IMG/VR virus record: IMGVR_UViG_2684623153_000002
Location: 1 to 64,000 of that record
DNA length: 64,000 nucleotides
Direction: 5' to 3' (one strand)
From: a virus
Lineage: Duplodnaviria > Caudoviricetes
The notes under the pieces were generated by a model, which ran no database searches, was not told the DNA's origin, and saw only the letters and a program-made list of their open reading frames with translations. A program made the position numbers and the translations under genes. This document shows positions 21,022-32,534 of the stretch, piece after piece (position 1 is the first letter of the stretch; every line of letters begins with the position of its first letter).

Positions 21022-21463
21022 GTTTGATCACCCCGTCTGAAAAATTTATGTCGTCAAGGCTTGGCTGCTCGTCTCGGTTGTACCAATAAGCACTATCCCA
21101 TGTGAGGACAATCGTTGCCACGCCTTGATCAGCAATTCTTGTCTCTGCCCTCTTAATGCGAACATATTGATCAAGCAGTTCACCTTCTACACTGACCATC
21201 TGAATGATATTCCGATCCGCTGATAAGGCATCTACAATCGATTCAGCTGCATCATGAGCCTGTCCAGAGTCCTTGTGAAACACTTTAACATGCAGCGTAT
21301 ATGTTTTGAGGAAAGTTGACACAGTATCGTTCCTTGTATTGACCCATGCTGATGGAAAGTACATCGATGGGATTTGAAACTGTTCAGGAATCTCTTTTTC
21401 ATATACTTTCACCGGAAACCGCTTGTAACAATAATTCATGATGGCTCCGACTTCTTGATTCAT
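21008..21463 (-). CDS. xkdJ: Tail terminator-like protein (XkdJ/YqbJ)
   Basis: E.P..F..PS.YFP motif; synteny. Confidence 0.75.
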   Translation of the reverse strand: MNQEVGAIMNYCYKRFPVKVYEKEIPEQFQIPSMYFPSAWVNTRNDTVSTFLKTYTLHVKVFHKDSGQAHDAAESIVDALSADRNIIQMVSVEGELLDQYVRIKRAETRIADQGVATIVLTWDSAYWYNRDEQPSLDDINFSDGVIKREQD

Positions 21464-21467
21464 TTAA

Positions 21468-21974
21468 TCATCTCCCAAAATGCCGATCAATCCATTGCTG
21501 CAGCTTGCGGTCCAATGATTGTTCAAACATCTGTCCAAAGATGGCCAACGCATTATCCCAATAGCCGCTGCCCTCAACCCACTGGAACTTTAGAAGCATT
21601 CCTGTTTCAGCGTTTGAATCGTATTCAAACCGGTCACCAACCCATCTGCCAGGAACCCAACGCCTGTCCAGATTCTTGGAGGGATCAATCGTAAAGTGCC
21701 CATCATTTGTGTATGATGCGTATTCTAAGTTGGTCCCAACATCCAACGTCAGACCGCCACTGCTCATCGAAAAGACGTTTTCTTGGTCTCCCTTTTGGAA
21801 TGAGTTGAGCAAACGGCGAGCATCCACCGTTTTTGTTCGGATAACTTCATCTTGAACGATGTCTAGGAACTCATAACCCATCGCTTCCAACCACTCTTCA
21901 TATTCTGCTTGCAAGCCACCATTAACAGCTGCATTCAAATCCTCAATAAACTGATCTAAACCATCAATCCTCAA
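21468..21974 (-). CDS. xkdI: HK97 gp10-like neck protein (XkdI/YqbI)
   Basis: VD.RRLLNSF..G...LDVGTNLEYAS..NDGH. Confidence 0.8.
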   Translation of the reverse strand: MRIDGLDQFIEDLNAAVNGGLQAEYEEWLEAMGYEFLDIVQDEVIRTKTVDARRLLNSFQKGDQENVFSMSSGGLTLDVGTNLEYASYTNDGHFTIDPSKNLDRRWVPGRWVGDRFEYDSNAETGMLLKFQWVEGSGYWDNALAIFGQMFEQSLDRKLQQWIDRHFGR

Positions 21975-22327
21975 AGACTTTCACTCCTCATCGCTATCAC
22001 CTCAATGTGGTGATTTTTGATCTGTCTGGGCTTTTGGAGTTTCAATGTCACGCCTTCCCATACCACTTTGTCATTTACTCGGACATCAGCGGTAATAGGA
22101 AAATGAACAAGGTACGATTGATGAATGGTTGCGTTTGGCTCCTGCTGTGTGATGGATTGGTTTTTCTCCGTAAAATAACATGGCTGCGCAACTTGATCAG
22201 GCTCATCAGGATATGAAAAGAGCGGCTGCGCATCTTGGACAGGTATTCCATAGCGATCTTTTGACAGCTGCTCTGTTTGCAAGTGATATATGTCGCATCG
22301 ATCCGTTAATAATGATTGATAACTCAT
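21971..22327 (-). CDS. xkdH: Head-tail adaptor XkdH/YqbH (DUF3599)
   Basis: MSY..LLT.RCDIYHL...P..I.NHH.EV. Confidence 0.8.
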   Translation of the reverse strand: MSYQSLLTDRCDIYHLQTEQLSKDRYGIPVQDAQPLFSYPDEPDQVAQPCYFTEKNQSITQQEPNATIHQSYLVHFPITADVRVNDKVVWEGVTLKLQKPRQIKNHHIEVIAMRSESL

Positions 22328-22716
22328 AGCGATCTCAACCTTAATTTGATGCTGCCTGGATCTTCTGGCGGTTCTCCTGGCTCAATGAAATCTATCAACA
22401 GGTTATACACATCTGGCTTTGAAACGGCGTTCCCGTCTGCCAAGGTGTATGAATAGTCACCGATCTTTTCCGACTTGTACCCTTTTATGATTGATTCATC
22501 GCCGTTGATCAGTGCGAAGAACTGCGCCATTTTAATCAATGCGATCTTTGCCTTTTCAGGAAGCGGCTGATATTTTTCACTTGTGAAATCATGACCTGCG
22601 ATCTTAAATACCTCAGCTTCAGCCTCAATGATGTCACTTTCCAATAGTTCATCTGAGCGGTTTTTAACAGATTCAAAGACTGTATATGCCCTAACATCTT
22701 CAGGAGAGATCAGCAT
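22324..22716 (-). CDS. Head completion protein YqbG-like (DUF3199)
   Basis: ALIK.AQ.FAL.N.DES..KGY.SEKIGDYSYT. Confidence 0.8.
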   Translation of the reverse strand: MLISPEDVRAYTVFESVKNRSDELLESDIIEAEAEVFKIAGHDFTSEKYQPLPEKAKIALIKMAQFFALINGDESIIKGYKSEKIGDYSYTLADGNAVSKPDVYNLLIDFIEPGEPPEDPGSIKLRLRSL

Positions 22717-22721
22717 CAGCC

Positions 22722-23096
22722 TTACTCTCCTGCTTTTTCTTGATGCTCTTGGTTTTCAAGGATGAAGGCAATTCTTTCACTCTTATCTTTGAGCTGAGTC
22801 GGATCGCCGCCAAGATCAATAACAATGGCTTCTTGTTCAGTTTTGTTCATGCCCTTCAGTTCAGTTTCAGTGTAGGTTTTTGCTTCTCGTGCCGGTTCTT
22901 CTTCCTCTTTCACCGGCTCATCCGTTTTTGGATCATCAGCAGGAGCCTTTACTTCCTTACAAGCAAAAAACTCATTGCCATCGAGATATTGAAAAACCTT
23001 TTTCTCGATTTCCTTTACTTGATTAAGAAGAAAGACATGACCCATCACAGCGTATGTCTTTCCCTTGATCAATTCGGCTGTATACATGTTGATCAC
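22722..23096 (-). CDS. YqbF-like head-associated protein
   Basis: YTA.LIKGKTY.VMG..F N-terminus; short C-terminal helical motif. Confidence 0.7.
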   Translation of the reverse strand: MINMYTAELIKGKTYAVMGHVFLLNQVKEIEKKVFQYLDGNEFFACKEVKAPADDPKTDEPVKEEEEPAREAKTYTETELKGMNKTEQEAIVIDLGGDPTQLKDKSERIAFILENQEHQEKAGE

Positions 23097-24022
23097 TCCT
23101 TGACCTTGACGATCTTAGCAACAGCATCTTCTTCCTCAAATTTGCTGTCGAGCTTCGCAGTCAACACAATGATGAATTTACGTCTGCGAATATCCTTATC
23201 AACCTCGATACGAATATTGCGAGAGAAGCCAAGGATAATGTTTTTAGGATGAGTCAATAAGATGTCCGAAACATCTGTGCCGTCCTCTCCCATTTCATAT
23301 GGCTGCATGTTTGCAATACCTTTGACCGGCACACCAAATGCAGAAGAAAGTCCACCTTGTACAGCTGCATCCCCTAGATTCGTTTGACGATCCGCCACTT
23401 TGTCTTTCCACTCGACTTCTTGTCCTGGAGACGTGTAAAAACGGAACTCTTGTGGAATACGCAAATATTTAGATGGAACAGCTTTGTATCCTTGTTTGAA
23501 TACTTGGCGTGTAAGTGGTTCGCCAGCTACATCTACGATATGGGATTCCGCTTGTTTGCGGATACCATCAAGTTGCGCTAGATATGCATCACTAGATTTC
23601 GTATCACCATTCAAAATTAATTCTTCAATATCAACGGCTGCACGCTCAGCAAGCATTTGCATGATAGTATTTTGTAAATTATCACCCTCGATGTTATTTT
23701 CAAGTGTGTCATATGTGATATTTACTTCAGCGATGACTTCTTTTGCATTAAGCTCCACAGTGCTCGTTGTTGGCGCAGTCTTTTGCTCATTAGTTAAACC
23801 TACACCTTCTTGACCAGGACGAAGAATCCGCTGACCAAAACCGATTTTTTCGATTTTTTGTGCATCGCTATCCATTGGAATAACACGTGCATCTTGTAAC
23901 AGTGTTGGTGCATTTTGCACCATACGAATAAATGTGCTAGATTGGGTCGGATTCATGAGACCGCCTGTTTTTAACGTCCCAAGCGTCACTTCCGCTTTAT
24001 TGATCATATCTTGATTTCTCAC
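23093..24022 (-). CDS. xkdG: Major capsid protein
   Basis: [10 protein letters not shown]...FIRMVQ..PT; [10 protein letters not shown]; likely GTG start 24022. Confidence 0.9.
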   Translation of the reverse strand: MRNQDMINKAEVTLGTLKTGGLMNPTQSSTFIRMVQNAPTLLQDARVIPMDSDAQKIEKIGFGQRILRPGQEGVGLTNEQKTAPTTSTVELNAKEVIAEVNITYDTLENNIEGDNLQNTIMQMLAERAAVDIEELILNGDTKSSDAYLAQLDGIRKQAESHIVDVAGEPLTRQVFKQGYKAVPSKYLRIPQEFRFYTSPGQEVEWKDKVADRQTNLGDAAVQGGLSSAFGVPVKGIANMQPYEMGEDGTDVSDILLTHPKNIILGFSRNIRIEVDKDIRRRKFIIVLTAKLDSKFEEEDAVAKIVKVKE

Positions 24023-24045
24023 TCTAGTTCCTCCTTTTTCTCGGC

Positions 24046-25200
24046 TTAAAGCAAGCCGCCCCATACAGATTTCTCGACTTGCTCTTGTTGTTGATCTCCT
24101 ACACCATTACCTTGCGGACGTGCTTTTTCAAGGGCTTCGACTCTTTCAACAACTGGAGCCAATGCCTTTTCTACAGCTGCGGCCATTTCTTTTGCGACCT
24201 CTTCATCAATTTGTTTTTCTTGCGGATCAGGCTGACCTTCGCCTTCTCCCTTCTCAAGGTCATCCAGACGCTTTATAACCGGTGCAATTGTGTCATCTAG
24301 CATCTTTTGCAGATCTTCTTTGTTCACTTCTTCTTCCTCCTTCTCTTCCGCTTGACTTAGCAAGTTGTCGATAGCGGCTCTTGCATTTTTCAATTCAGTT
24401 AAGTTAGCAGCTGAAAACTTTCGGCCAGCTTTTGCGACTTCTTCAGGTGGATCGGTTTGGATCCCCGCTAAGTCATCAGTAAGCAAAATCTCTTGTGTGA
24501 TTTCCACAAAATCTTGCAATGCTGCCCTAACCTTGTCAGGATCAGTCTCCAAGTCTTCATCGTCGTAAGAATCCCATTTATACAAAACGGAATTCAGTGC
24601 ATCTTGTGCCGCCCAAAACTCACGACGCATGCGGCCTTTGTCGTATCGGTTCTTCACTTCTCCTTTAGAGAAGAAGTTTTTAAGCAAAGAAAAAAGCCCC
24701 TTCTCATCAGAAGCTGGCTTGTGATCCTCTTGTTTTCCTATGTCTGCTGTTCCGGCCATTGAATATCCGGTGATCTCGCCCTTTTGAATCTGTTCCCAGA
24801 TTTCATCAGATGCTTTTGTCACAAGGACCCATGATCCTTTCTTGATAACTTCATCACCCATTTCAAAGTCAGACGGAGCGATATAAGATTCAACGACTTC
24901 CCCGACACCGCCTTGGAAATCATGTTGCTTGTCGATCTCACGTGCATCCTTCAGGAACCCATGAGCGGCTTTTTCGATTTCTTCCGACGTCATATAGTCT
25001 CCATGTGCATCCGCTACGTTTGGTTCATAAACAATACCATAAACAAGACGCTGCGCATCATCAGCCTTTGCAATGACCTTGATCTCTTTTTGAAAGTCTG
25101 GCTGTTTTTCTGATTTCATAAAAAAGAACTGCTTTTGATTAGCAGCCTTGTCCACGTATGAAACGTGTGTGATTTTTGCATTTATCAATTCGCGTGGCAT
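24046..25200 (-). CDS. xkdF: Prohead protease/scaffold XkdF-like
   Basis: [18 protein letters not shown]; [14 protein letters not shown]; [10 protein letters not shown]. Confidence 0.85.
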   Translation of the reverse strand: MPRELINAKITHVSYVDKAANQKQFFFMKSEKQPDFQKEIKVIAKADDAQRLVYGIVYEPNVADAHGDYMTSEEIEKAAHGFLKDAREIDKQHDFQGGVGEVVESYIAPSDFEMGDEVIKKGSWVLVTKASDEIWEQIQKGEITGYSMAGTADIGKQEDHKPASDEKGLFSLLKNFFSKGEVKNRYDKGRMRREFWAAQDALNSVLYKWDSYDDEDLETDPDKVRAALQDFVEITQEILLTDDLAGIQTDPPEEVAKAGRKFSAANLTELKNARAAIDNLLSQAEEKEEEEVNKEDLQKMLDDTIAPVIKRLDDLEKGEGEGQPDPQEKQIDEEVAKEMAAAVEKALAPVVERVEALEKARPQGNGVGDQQQEQVEKSVWGGLL

Positions 25201-25226
25201 ATTTTCACCCCCTTTCAAGCTCTTAT

Positions 25227-26051
25227 TTAAAGATCTTTAAAATTAACTGTTGAAATAAGTTGTTGTTCCTTTACTTCTACATTGAACGGTTGAGTTTCAT
25301 CAAAAACAATTGACACTTTTTTATTACCTGATCCCAGTTCGATTGCAGGAGGAACAGAATAAACAACTTCATCTTTCACTTGATCTCTTACTGCTTTTTC
25401 TATTAATTTTTCTAAGACCTTACTATTTGAAATCTGTTGGAATATCCAATCACCCAAGTTGCTTATTGGTAAATATCTCGCCAAATTGCCAATAATGTCT
25501 ATTATTTTGTCTTCCCATTTTCCAGGAATTTTATCTTTAATGTAATTCTTCATTTCATCAATAACATTGTTCTGTATCCTAGATGCAATATCATTAGGTA
25601 GATTTAAGCTATGAAGATCAAAATTATTTAACCCCACTATAATATCCCTATTATTCACAAAACATTTCATGCTTGCAGAAAAATTAGGCTGAACAAAGTC
25701 TTCAAGCCCAATAGTTAACCTGATGTCAGGGTTTGCACCAAAGAAATCCCAACTAAATACTCTTACTCCCCCTATTTTAAGCTCATCATGTATTCTTTCA
25801 ATGTCAACTTCAATTACTATATTTAACAATCTGAATTGAACCTCAACATTATTCAAATCAATAAGATTTGGCTCGTTTAGACTAAGATTGTTTATTTTTA
25901 TTTTTTCGATATGCACATTTCCAATTACTTTAACCCCTGACCGTTCAATAATAACTTCACTTAAAGTAGTCTCTTGTTTGAAATTCTCTAGATTCCTTTT
26001 TATAAATGAATCAAGAGTTGTTTGAGACAGAGAAATTTCAAGTTTGTTCAT
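25227..26051 (-). CDS. Uncharacterised AT-rich 274-aa moron protein
   Basis: AAGGAGG RBS; lower GC than flanking head genes; no recognised virion motif. Confidence 0.75.
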   Translation of the reverse strand: MNKLEISLSQTTLDSFIKRNLENFKQETTLSEVIIERSGVKVIGNVHIEKIKINNLSLNEPNLIDLNNVEVQFRLLNIVIEVDIERIHDELKIGGVRVFSWDFFGANPDIRLTIGLEDFVQPNFSASMKCFVNNRDIIVGLNNFDLHSLNLPNDIASRIQNNVIDEMKNYIKDKIPGKWEDKIIDIIGNLARYLPISNLGDWIFQQISNSKVLEKLIEKAVRDQVKDEVVYSVPPAIELGSGNKKVSIVFDETQPFNVEVKEQQLISTVNFKDL

Positions 26052-26135
26052 AAATAATCCTCCTTAAAGTTGAATACAACCTTAATTTGCATTGAGGAAT
26101 TATTTATATACTAGAATTTTCTTGAAAAAAAGTTT

Positions 26136-27041
26136 TTACAAGGGCTGACTTCTAATTTTTTCTTTTTCCTCAGCTGACAATCCTAGAATAACAGGATCAA
26201 CCACAGGACCAACCGCACAATGACAGTTCACCCTCTCTTTCGGCGTGAGCTTTGTGTCTCTCGGAAACATGCATCGCTCTCCGCTTCCTGGTATCTCAAA
26301 TTCTTCATCCAAAGGGATGATAGTTCCATCCAGCTGCACGTGACTTTCTCTTGACTGATTCTTCTTCCCGCCGCTGTGTTTCCACTTCTTCCCCGTTACT
26401 GCCGGGGATTGGACGTAGGATTCATGTTGAGCGACGGAAGAAGCGGTCAACACCTCTGTAATGGCTGTTACACGTGCGCGTTTCCGGCTGAATTCAGGAA
26501 GGTCCTTCAGCTCCAGTTCAATTTCTTGAATAGAGCGGCCTTCTTTTATACCCTCTTTCAGCGTTTGCTCAATGGCTATATGAGTATTCAGCTGCATCAG
26601 CTGCGCCAATTCCTGTGACCATGATTCAATCCACTGTTCAGTTTTCTCAGAAAGCGCCTTGAATGGAATATCTGCATCGATGGAATTCATGATCTTCTCA
26701 GCCAGCTGCGTGACGGTCAATGTCAGAAATATGGCCGTTTCTTTTCCAAACAGCTCCGCAAATTCGTCAGCTGCAAATAAGTCATTTTGAAAGAACGCTA
26801 GAATTGATTCTAACGTTTCCGAATCGTCCTTGGATATAAAACCATTCAGTGCGTTCAAAAACGTCCTGCGTTGCATTCTGAGAAGTTTTGCGGTGGTTTT
26901 CTCATACTCTTCCACCAAAGAGGGAACGTCCTTCAGTTCAGGGAAATCAGCTACAGCTGCTTCCAGTTCCTTGACATCATCCTCTTCCGCTTTTTGAACA
27001 AAGGTATTGATATTTTTTATCAGCTGATCGATATTACTCAT
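26136..27041 (-). CDS. Minor head protein (Mu gpF/SPP1 gp7-like, YqbB)
   Basis: RAR..A.TE; K.W...R.SH...G; P.D......E.VNC.C. Confidence 0.85.
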   Translation of the reverse strand: MSNIDQLIKNINTFVQKAEEDDVKELEAAVADFPELKDVPSLVEEYEKTTAKLLRMQRRTFLNALNGFISKDDSETLESILAFFQNDLFAADEFAELFGKETAIFLTLTVTQLAEKIMNSIDADIPFKALSEKTEQWIESWSQELAQLMQLNTHIAIEQTLKEGIKEGRSIQEIELELKDLPEFSRKRARVTAITEVLTASSVAQHESYVQSPAVTGKKWKHSGGKKNQSRESHVQLDGTIIPLDEEFEIPGSGERCMFPRDTKLTPKERVNCHCAVGPVVDPVILGLSAEEKEKIRSQPL

Positions 27042-28567
27042 TTGCGAATCTCCTCTAGTTCATCCCTAACATCTTTTAAGAGATGGATCAGATTCTCCTG
27101 GGAACCCGCAGACTTTTGAAGAACCGTATCAAAAAAGCTTGTTGATGCCTTCGGTTTCGCTTCGATTGGTCGGTGATATTCTTCCTCTGGCCATTCTTCA
27201 AGTGTCTTACCAAGAATACGGCCAGCCAGATCTCGCAGATCGTTAGGTGAAACTGCTCCTGCTTGAATAAACGGTGTAAGAACCTTTGCAATTTCGAGCG
27301 GATCACGAAAGTCAGGACCATTCAAAATGAGCCGCACATGCCACAAATCAAGATCAGGAAGAAAGAGTGTATTGAGCTTGCCAGTGATGATCATTCTTTC
27401 CGGCTGGAATACCTGTTCTTCTGTCGTTTTTCGAGCGGTGTCAGCTGTGGCCTTGTTATAATCCTGTGATTCGCCTGTGTAGATCGGCGGCAGACGAAAA
27501 GAAGAACGTATCTTGTTTCTCGTCTTCTCATCATATTCAAGGAACAGCGCATCCTCCTGAAGAATCTCGGCCAGTGATTTTATTTCAACTTTCACAGGTG
27601 CTGGGTCTTCGTCATTGCTTACTTCGTCTTTTTTCTTTTTCGGAATCCCTTCGACTTCAAGCAAAAGGAATTTATGTGCATTGTCTGAACCTTCGATGCC
27701 ATTCATGTACTCTTGCAGCTGTTCATAGGATGCTTCAGATAGCATTCCATTCTCTACAGTAATTGCAGCCGGCACATGCCGCCCTTGTTTAAAGTACAGA
27801 TAGTTCAGTTCTTCAGCTTTGCGGGCTCCATACATATTGACGATGTTACCAATCCAACGAGGAACACCATATGTACCGCTGCCGATCTTAAAGTGAATGA
27901 CTTCGCTTGCTGCAAGTTCAGGTGGAGTTTCTTCGTTGTACTCTCCAGTAGAAGAATTCATTGTTCTTGGATCGCCGTATTCCTTAAAGAAAACTTTTTT
28001 TGTGTTGACCTGTTGCACATACTTTCTGAAACGCTTCATTCTTTTGAGAGATTTGACTTGACCGTTTTCTGTGTATCGGAATTCGACATCAACGGGATCG
28101 CTCAGCTTACAAACACGTAAGTATTGTGCATCCAGATATTCAATGCCTGCAGGCTTCCCTGTACCTTCTCGAAGCACTTCGACAAATCCATTACCTGTTT
28201 TCTCTCGGTCTTCTATTACATAACCAAGAACCACTTCGGCTGACTCATCATAGTTCATATATCTGACGAACTCTTCAAGTTGTGTCCATTCTTTCTCAGC
28301 TTCGTCTTTCTTTGCTTCTTTTGCATTCTCAGCGTTGAAATCAAAGACATATTCGATGCCCAAGCCGAAACCTAGAATGTTTGTTTTATACGCATCGATG
28401 CATTGCTGAAGAATGGTAGAATACTCAGCTATTTGTTTAAGTTCTGTGATATTGTACGGCGGCTCGATCAATCCATCAGCCGCATAGTTAAAACTATCAT
28501 CATGAATTTGTTTCGTAGTTTGAGAGATGTCTGCTTTAAACACAGTAGCTTTCACATGTTTTGTCAT
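27038..28567 (-). CDS. xkdE: Portal protein (XkdE/YqbA)
   Basis: [20 protein letters not shown]; YGVPRW; FRLPPIYTG. Confidence 0.9.
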   Translation of the reverse strand: MTKHVKATVFKADISQTTKQIHDDSFNYAADGLIEPPYNITELKQIAEYSTILQQCIDAYKTNILGFGLGIEYVFDFNAENAKEAKKDEAEKEWTQLEEFVRYMNYDESAEVVLGYVIEDREKTGNGFVEVLREGTGKPAGIEYLDAQYLRVCKLSDPVDVEFRYTENGQVKSLKRMKRFRKYVQQVNTKKVFFKEYGDPRTMNSSTGEYNEETPPELAASEVIHFKIGSGTYGVPRWIGNIVNMYGARKAEELNYLYFKQGRHVPAAITVENGMLSEASYEQLQEYMNGIEGSDNAHKFLLLEVEGIPKKKKDEVSNDEDPAPVKVEIKSLAEILQEDALFLEYDEKTRNKIRSSFRLPPIYTGESQDYNKATADTARKTTEEQVFQPERMIITGKLNTLFLPDLDLWHVRLILNGPDFRDPLEIAKVLTPFIQAGAVSPNDLRDLAGRILGKTLEEWPEEEYHRPIEAKPKASTSFFDTVLQKSAGSQENLIHLLKDVRDELEEIRK

Positions 28568-29883
28568 AGCCTTCTCATCGACCTCCTATCTCTGTTCGGA
28601 CGTGTCCGCTCTTTAGGCTGCTCTTTCAGATCCGTTACCTCATAATCATCTAGCGCATACCAGATGGCTGAAAAAGTATGAGGGTCAATCTTAAACTCGT
28701 CCTCTATGATGTTACCGTTCTTGTCTGTTTTGTATGTGAGTGGCTGAAGCTCATAGATCGTGTTTTTACATGAATCTGAACATATGATTTTCTTGAACCG
28801 TTTGATCTTTTTGGTGTACTGCAAGCGTGATCCTTGGAACTTATGAGCGGCCACCATGTTGTATCCCATCTTCCTGAAGTATGCGATTGTTTTCGGTTCA
28901 GCTGCATCTGCTTTGATCAGCTCTTTTGTTTTGGCAAATTCGATGAGCTCTTGTACAGTTTCATCATCGGTTGTGCCCTTTTGATAATACTCCCAATAGA
29001 TGTATAGATATTTCTTCTCGTGATCGACAGCCAGTCGAATCAAAGCGTTATATGACTCTACGAAACCAAAGTCCATGCCCGCTCTAAGTAAAGGCCGATT
29101 TATATTTGAGATGGCCAGCATCACATCTTCATGCGGCTGCACCTCGAATTGTGGCAGCACACGAATTCCATTTATGCCAAAATGACCTTTTCTCGCAATT
29201 CGATAAAGGTCGGGATCATATTCTTTCAGTTCATCCAGCTGCTTAATATAGCTGACCGGAAGGAATAAGTTGTCTTCAGCTGTAGAATGATGATAGTACG
29301 TATCGTTGATAGCGATCGTTCGCTCTTTATATAACCTTTCATCATCCAGGATAAATCGGTTGTTTTGATCATCCTTAAAGAAATGTCTGTACGTCCAATT
29401 ATCCTGACCGACAGGGTTCGTCGATAGGATCATGTGCAGTTGCAATGTTGGATGACGCAAACGACCAAGCAGCTCCTTGAATCCCTCGTACTTCACTTCT
29501 GAACATTCCTCAATCCAAATGATCGAGATATTGTTGATCGACTTCAGCTTGGCTGGCATGTCCAAGCCTTTGAAAATGATCCGGCTGCCATTGTGAAATT
29601 TAAGCATGAGCGGTGATGTCCGGCATTGAATGACATGATCAAGTCCAAGATCATTCACGATCTCTTCAAACAGCGAAAAGGTTGAATCCCTGTGTGTGTC
29701 ATAGACTTCACGAATCACAAGAGCGGTTCGCTTTTCATCTAACAGCTTCAGAATTAGCTTCAGGGCAATATGATAGCTTTTGGAGGAGCCGTAACCGCCC
29801 ACCAAGAACTGAAACTTCTGATCCCAGTCAAAAAGAAAGTCCTCAAAATGTGGATTGACTTCCTTCTCCATCATTTGAACCAT
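28564..29883 (-). CDS. xtmB: PBSX-family terminase large subunit
   Basis: [10 protein letters not shown] Walker A, IWIEEC Walker B, GMDFGF nuclease motif. Confidence 0.95.
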   Translation of the reverse strand: MVQMMEKEVNPHFEDFLFDWDQKFQFLVGGYGSSKSYHIALKLILKLLDEKRTALVIREVYDTHRDSTFSLFEEIVNDLGLDHVIQCRTSPLMLKFHNGSRIIFKGLDMPAKLKSINNISIIWIEECSEVKYEGFKELLGRLRHPTLQLHMILSTNPVGQDNWTYRHFFKDDQNNRFILDDERLYKERTIAINDTYYHHSTAEDNLFLPVSYIKQLDELKEYDPDLYRIARKGHFGINGIRVLPQFEVQPHEDVMLAISNINRPLLRAGMDFGFVESYNALIRLAVDHEKKYLYIYWEYYQKGTTDDETVQELIEFAKTKELIKADAAEPKTIAYFRKMGYNMVAAHKFQGSRLQYTKKIKRFKKIICSDSCKNTIYELQPLTYKTDKNGNIIEDEFKIDPHTFSAIWYALDDYEVTDLKEQPKERTRPNRDRRSMRRL

Positions 29884-30767
29884 CAGTCATCACCTTTATT
29901 CTTCCGCTTAATTGTTATTTGTACAGAATCATCAACAGGACGTGCGGTAATCCGCTCCAGCTCTGCTTCTCGTGTTCTATTAGCGAGATCGAGACCACGC
30001 AGCCTCAATTCATATTCAGACATAGTTTTCATTATGTCGACTTTCTGCCTAATGGCTTTATCACGTTGTGCGGTCACACGTGTCAGAGCATCTTCTATGC
30101 TCAATATCTTCTCTAGTAGCGGTGAGTCTGTCTCCTCAATCTGGACCACAGCCAGACGCTCATTAGTTATTGGTACTGATTTAATCAGGCCATTCTTATC
30201 TGGAGCCTGTACAACGTCTTTCATCTTCCGCATTTGCTGCAAGACTGTCCGCTGCTTATCAGTCAATCCATTCTCATACTTATTGATTAAGCGCATCATT
30301 CTTGTTTCACGAACGCTCAATAATCGTATTGATAGATCAATTTGGTACAGAGGATCGGTCTCAACTTCATTAAAAAGCTTCTGTTCCTTTTCATCCATGT
30401 ACTCAAACATGATCGTTTCATATTCACCGGTCTTGAATGAATTCTTGTTGCCTTTAGGAGCTGCGCCACCCCTATTGCCTTTAGCATTTTGATTACCAGG
30501 TGGCGCTTTACCCCCTTTATTACCTCTGGCGTTTTTACTCCCTTTCGGAGCGCCAGGGCGTTTAGTAACGTTACCATTGGATTTCCCTTTTGGTTTAGTA
30601 ACGTTACCATTCAATTTCTCATCCCAAGAGTCTTGGTTCTTCCATTTGCGGATAAGTGTTTGGGAACACTCTAATTCTTCAGCAATGTCTTTCAATAAGC
30701 GGGTTCCATTGCTTTCCTTCCACAATTGGAATGCCTGATCTCTTTTAGGATTTCTCGGTCTAGCCAT
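29883..30767 (-). CDS. xtmA: Terminase small subunit (XtmA/YqaS-like)
   Basis: R.P.RD.AF.LW...L.DIA.EL...IRKWK..D.W; repeated GAP.GN.NA. Confidence 0.88.
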   Translation of the reverse strand: MARPRNPKRDQAFQLWKESNGTRLLKDIAEELECSQTLIRKWKNQDSWDEKLNGNVTKPKGKSNGNVTKRPGAPKGSKNARGNKGGKAPPGNQNAKGNRGGAAPKGNKNSFKTGEYETIMFEYMDEKEQKLFNEVETDPLYQIDLSIRLLSVRETRMMRLINKYENGLTDKQRTVLQQMRKMKDVVQAPDKNGLIKSVPITNERLAVVQIEETDSPLLEKILSIEDALTRVTAQRDKAIRQKVDIMKTMSEYELRLRGLDLANRTREAELERITARPVDDSVQITIKRKNKGDD

Positions 30768-30814
30768 TACATATCACCCACCTCCGAGCTGCTGAATTAA
30801 GTTTGAGTTTGTTT

Positions 30815-31063
30815 TCAAATATCGTCATGCTTCTGTAGATCGATGTCGAGTTCTATGAGCTTCTTCAGATCTTCCACAGTAGACAATTTGATATTTCCTG
30901 CTTTAAAGTCTCTGACCCATTGAGAGATTCCAGCTTGAGCGATTTTACGATAGTCTTCTTTTGATTTATCTATACCTTCAGCCTGTTCAGCTTGAAGGAT
31001 CATAAGCATTTCTTTCTTTTCTTCGTCAGAAAGGGAACGTGTGTTTGTATTATCTATTGTCAT
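30815..31063 (-). CDS. Hypothetical phage protein (82 aa)
   Basis: GGAGG/GGGAG RBS; helical, ends VEDLKKLIELDIDLQK. Confidence 0.7.
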   Translation of the reverse strand: MTIDNTNTRSLSDEEKKEMLMILQAEQAEGIDKSKEDYRKIAQAGISQWVRDFKAGNIKLSTVEDLKKLIELDIDLQKHDDI

Positions 31064-31085
31064 TCTCCCTTACCTCCATTACAAT
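31057..31085 (+). promoter_or_regulatory. SigA-type promoter
   Basis: TTGTCA-17 bp-TACAAT. Confidence 0.65.
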
Positions 31086-31090
31086 AGTGG

Positions 31091-31200
31091 ATGAGAGCGT
31101 GATATTTTCCCACAAACGCGGCCGCGTCTTGATCACGCTCTTAGGCAGGGAGGTTCTTTCTGTCTTTGAAGAGAGGGTGTTGTCAGCACCCTCTTTTTTT
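31091..31200 (+). ncRNA. Candidate ~110-nt small RNA antisense to the late operon
   Basis: Lies between a near-consensus promoter and a GAGGGTG/CACCCTC-T7 terminator; 5' AGAGCGTGAT/ATCACGCTCT stem; only ORF is MRA*. Confidence 0.5.
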
Positions 31201-31202
31201 AT

Positions 31203-32480
31203 TTATAAAGAAGAAACCAACTCAGGTTCAATTCCGGTAAATTCAGTAAATCTCTTTTTAATTACATCGCAAAAATACGGATCAAGCTCCAAAAGAAGGG
31301 CCTCTCTGTCCGTTTGTTCACACGTCATCAGAGTTGATCCGCTACCTCCAAAGAAATCTACTACTCGATCACCCTTTTTGCTGCTGTTACTTAATGGGAT
31401 ATTAATAAGATCAAGCGGCTTCTGTGTGGGATGAACATATTTTGTAGTATCACCGCGGGAAACTTCCCAAATTGTTGCTGGTTCTCCTTCTTCTGAGGTA
31501 TCAGCTCTCCAAACAGTAACTTGTTTTCTATCTCCATACCAATTAGGTGAATAGCCTTTTTTGAATGCATAGAAAACCGGTTCGTGCATGTATTTATATT
31601 GCGACCATCCGAATGTCGGTGAGTTTTTCACCCAGATACACTGCGATCTTATATCAATATCTGCGTGACGCATCTCATTCTCAAAAGCGCGTTGATATGA
31701 AGCGGCATGAAAAACATATATAGCTGCCTTTTCGTTCATGATTCTTGAATAATTCAGGAACACTTCTCTTAAAAATAAATCAAACTGACCATCATCCATC
31801 GAATCGTTTAAGATCGATGCATGGCCATCATCATTTAACTTTTTACTATCACTTTTCACCGCTACATTATAAGGTGGATCAGTTATGACTAGATCTGCTT
31901 TATAGCCAGACATCAATCGATCAACATCCACTATCTTTGTCGCGTCTCCACACACTAGGGTATGCCGGCCAAGCCGCCATACATCCCCATACTTTGTTTC
32001 TGGTTCTATTATATTGTCTAGTGCCTCTTGCACATCAAAATTATCTTCCTCAACAATCACGATCTCATTTTCAATAGAAACACTGTCTAATAGATCTTCA
32101 TATTCTTCTTCAGTAAATCCAATAGTTTCTAGATCCAGATTGTTATCCTTTAGTTCTGTTAGAAGTTTTTCAAGTTTGTTTTCATCCCAATGGCCACTGA
32201 TTTTGTTTAATGCTACGTTTAGAGCCTTTTCATCCTGGTCATTTAAAGAAACCACTGATACCAGAATTTCAGTCGGTTTCTCCTCCATTATTATTTTGAA
32301 ACGTTGATGGCCTCCAACAAGATGGCCTGTTCTTTCGTTCCAAACTAAAGGATCAACGTATCCAAATTTCTTCATGGAATTTTTAAGAGCATCGTACTCA
32401 GGATCTCCTGGCTGCAGATCGATGCGGGGATTATATGGTGCAGGGTTAATTTTATGTACGGGGATTGTTTTGATATTCAA
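31203..32480 (-). CDS. ParB-like N-terminal domain fused to an N6/N4 DNA methyltransferase
   Basis: PAPYNPR, GGHQR; TDPPY catalytic motif; HPTQKP; DFFGGSGST SAM-binding motif. Confidence 0.9.
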   Translation of the reverse strand: MNIKTIPVHKINPAPYNPRIDLQPGDPEYDALKNSMKKFGYVDPLVWNERTGHLVGGHQRFKIIMEEKPTEILVSVVSLNDQDEKALNVALNKISGHWDENKLEKLLTELKDNNLDLETIGFTEEEYEDLLDSVSIENEIVIVEEDNFDVQEALDNIIEPETKYGDVWRLGRHTLVCGDATKIVDVDRLMSGYKADLVITDPPYNVAVKSDSKKLNDDGHASILNDSMDDGQFDLFLREVFLNYSRIMNEKAAIYVFHAASYQRAFENEMRHADIDIRSQCIWVKNSPTFGWSQYKYMHEPVFYAFKKGYSPNWYGDRKQVTVWRADTSEEGEPATIWEVSRGDTTKYVHPTQKPLDLINIPLSNSSKKGDRVVDFFGGSGSTLMTCEQTDREALLLELDPYFCDVIKKRFTEFTGIEPELVSSL

Positions 32481-32534
32481 TGTTGTTTCCTCCTATCAAA
32501 CAAATGATGCCGCCCAGGAGGCGACATCAGCTGC

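Noticed and set aside
29770-30492. 240-aa + strand ORF and other antisense ORFs over structural genes (e.g. 15186-15725, 22740-23252, 62778-63284)
   Set aside because: Antisense shadows of well-supported genes, lacking RBS and motifs
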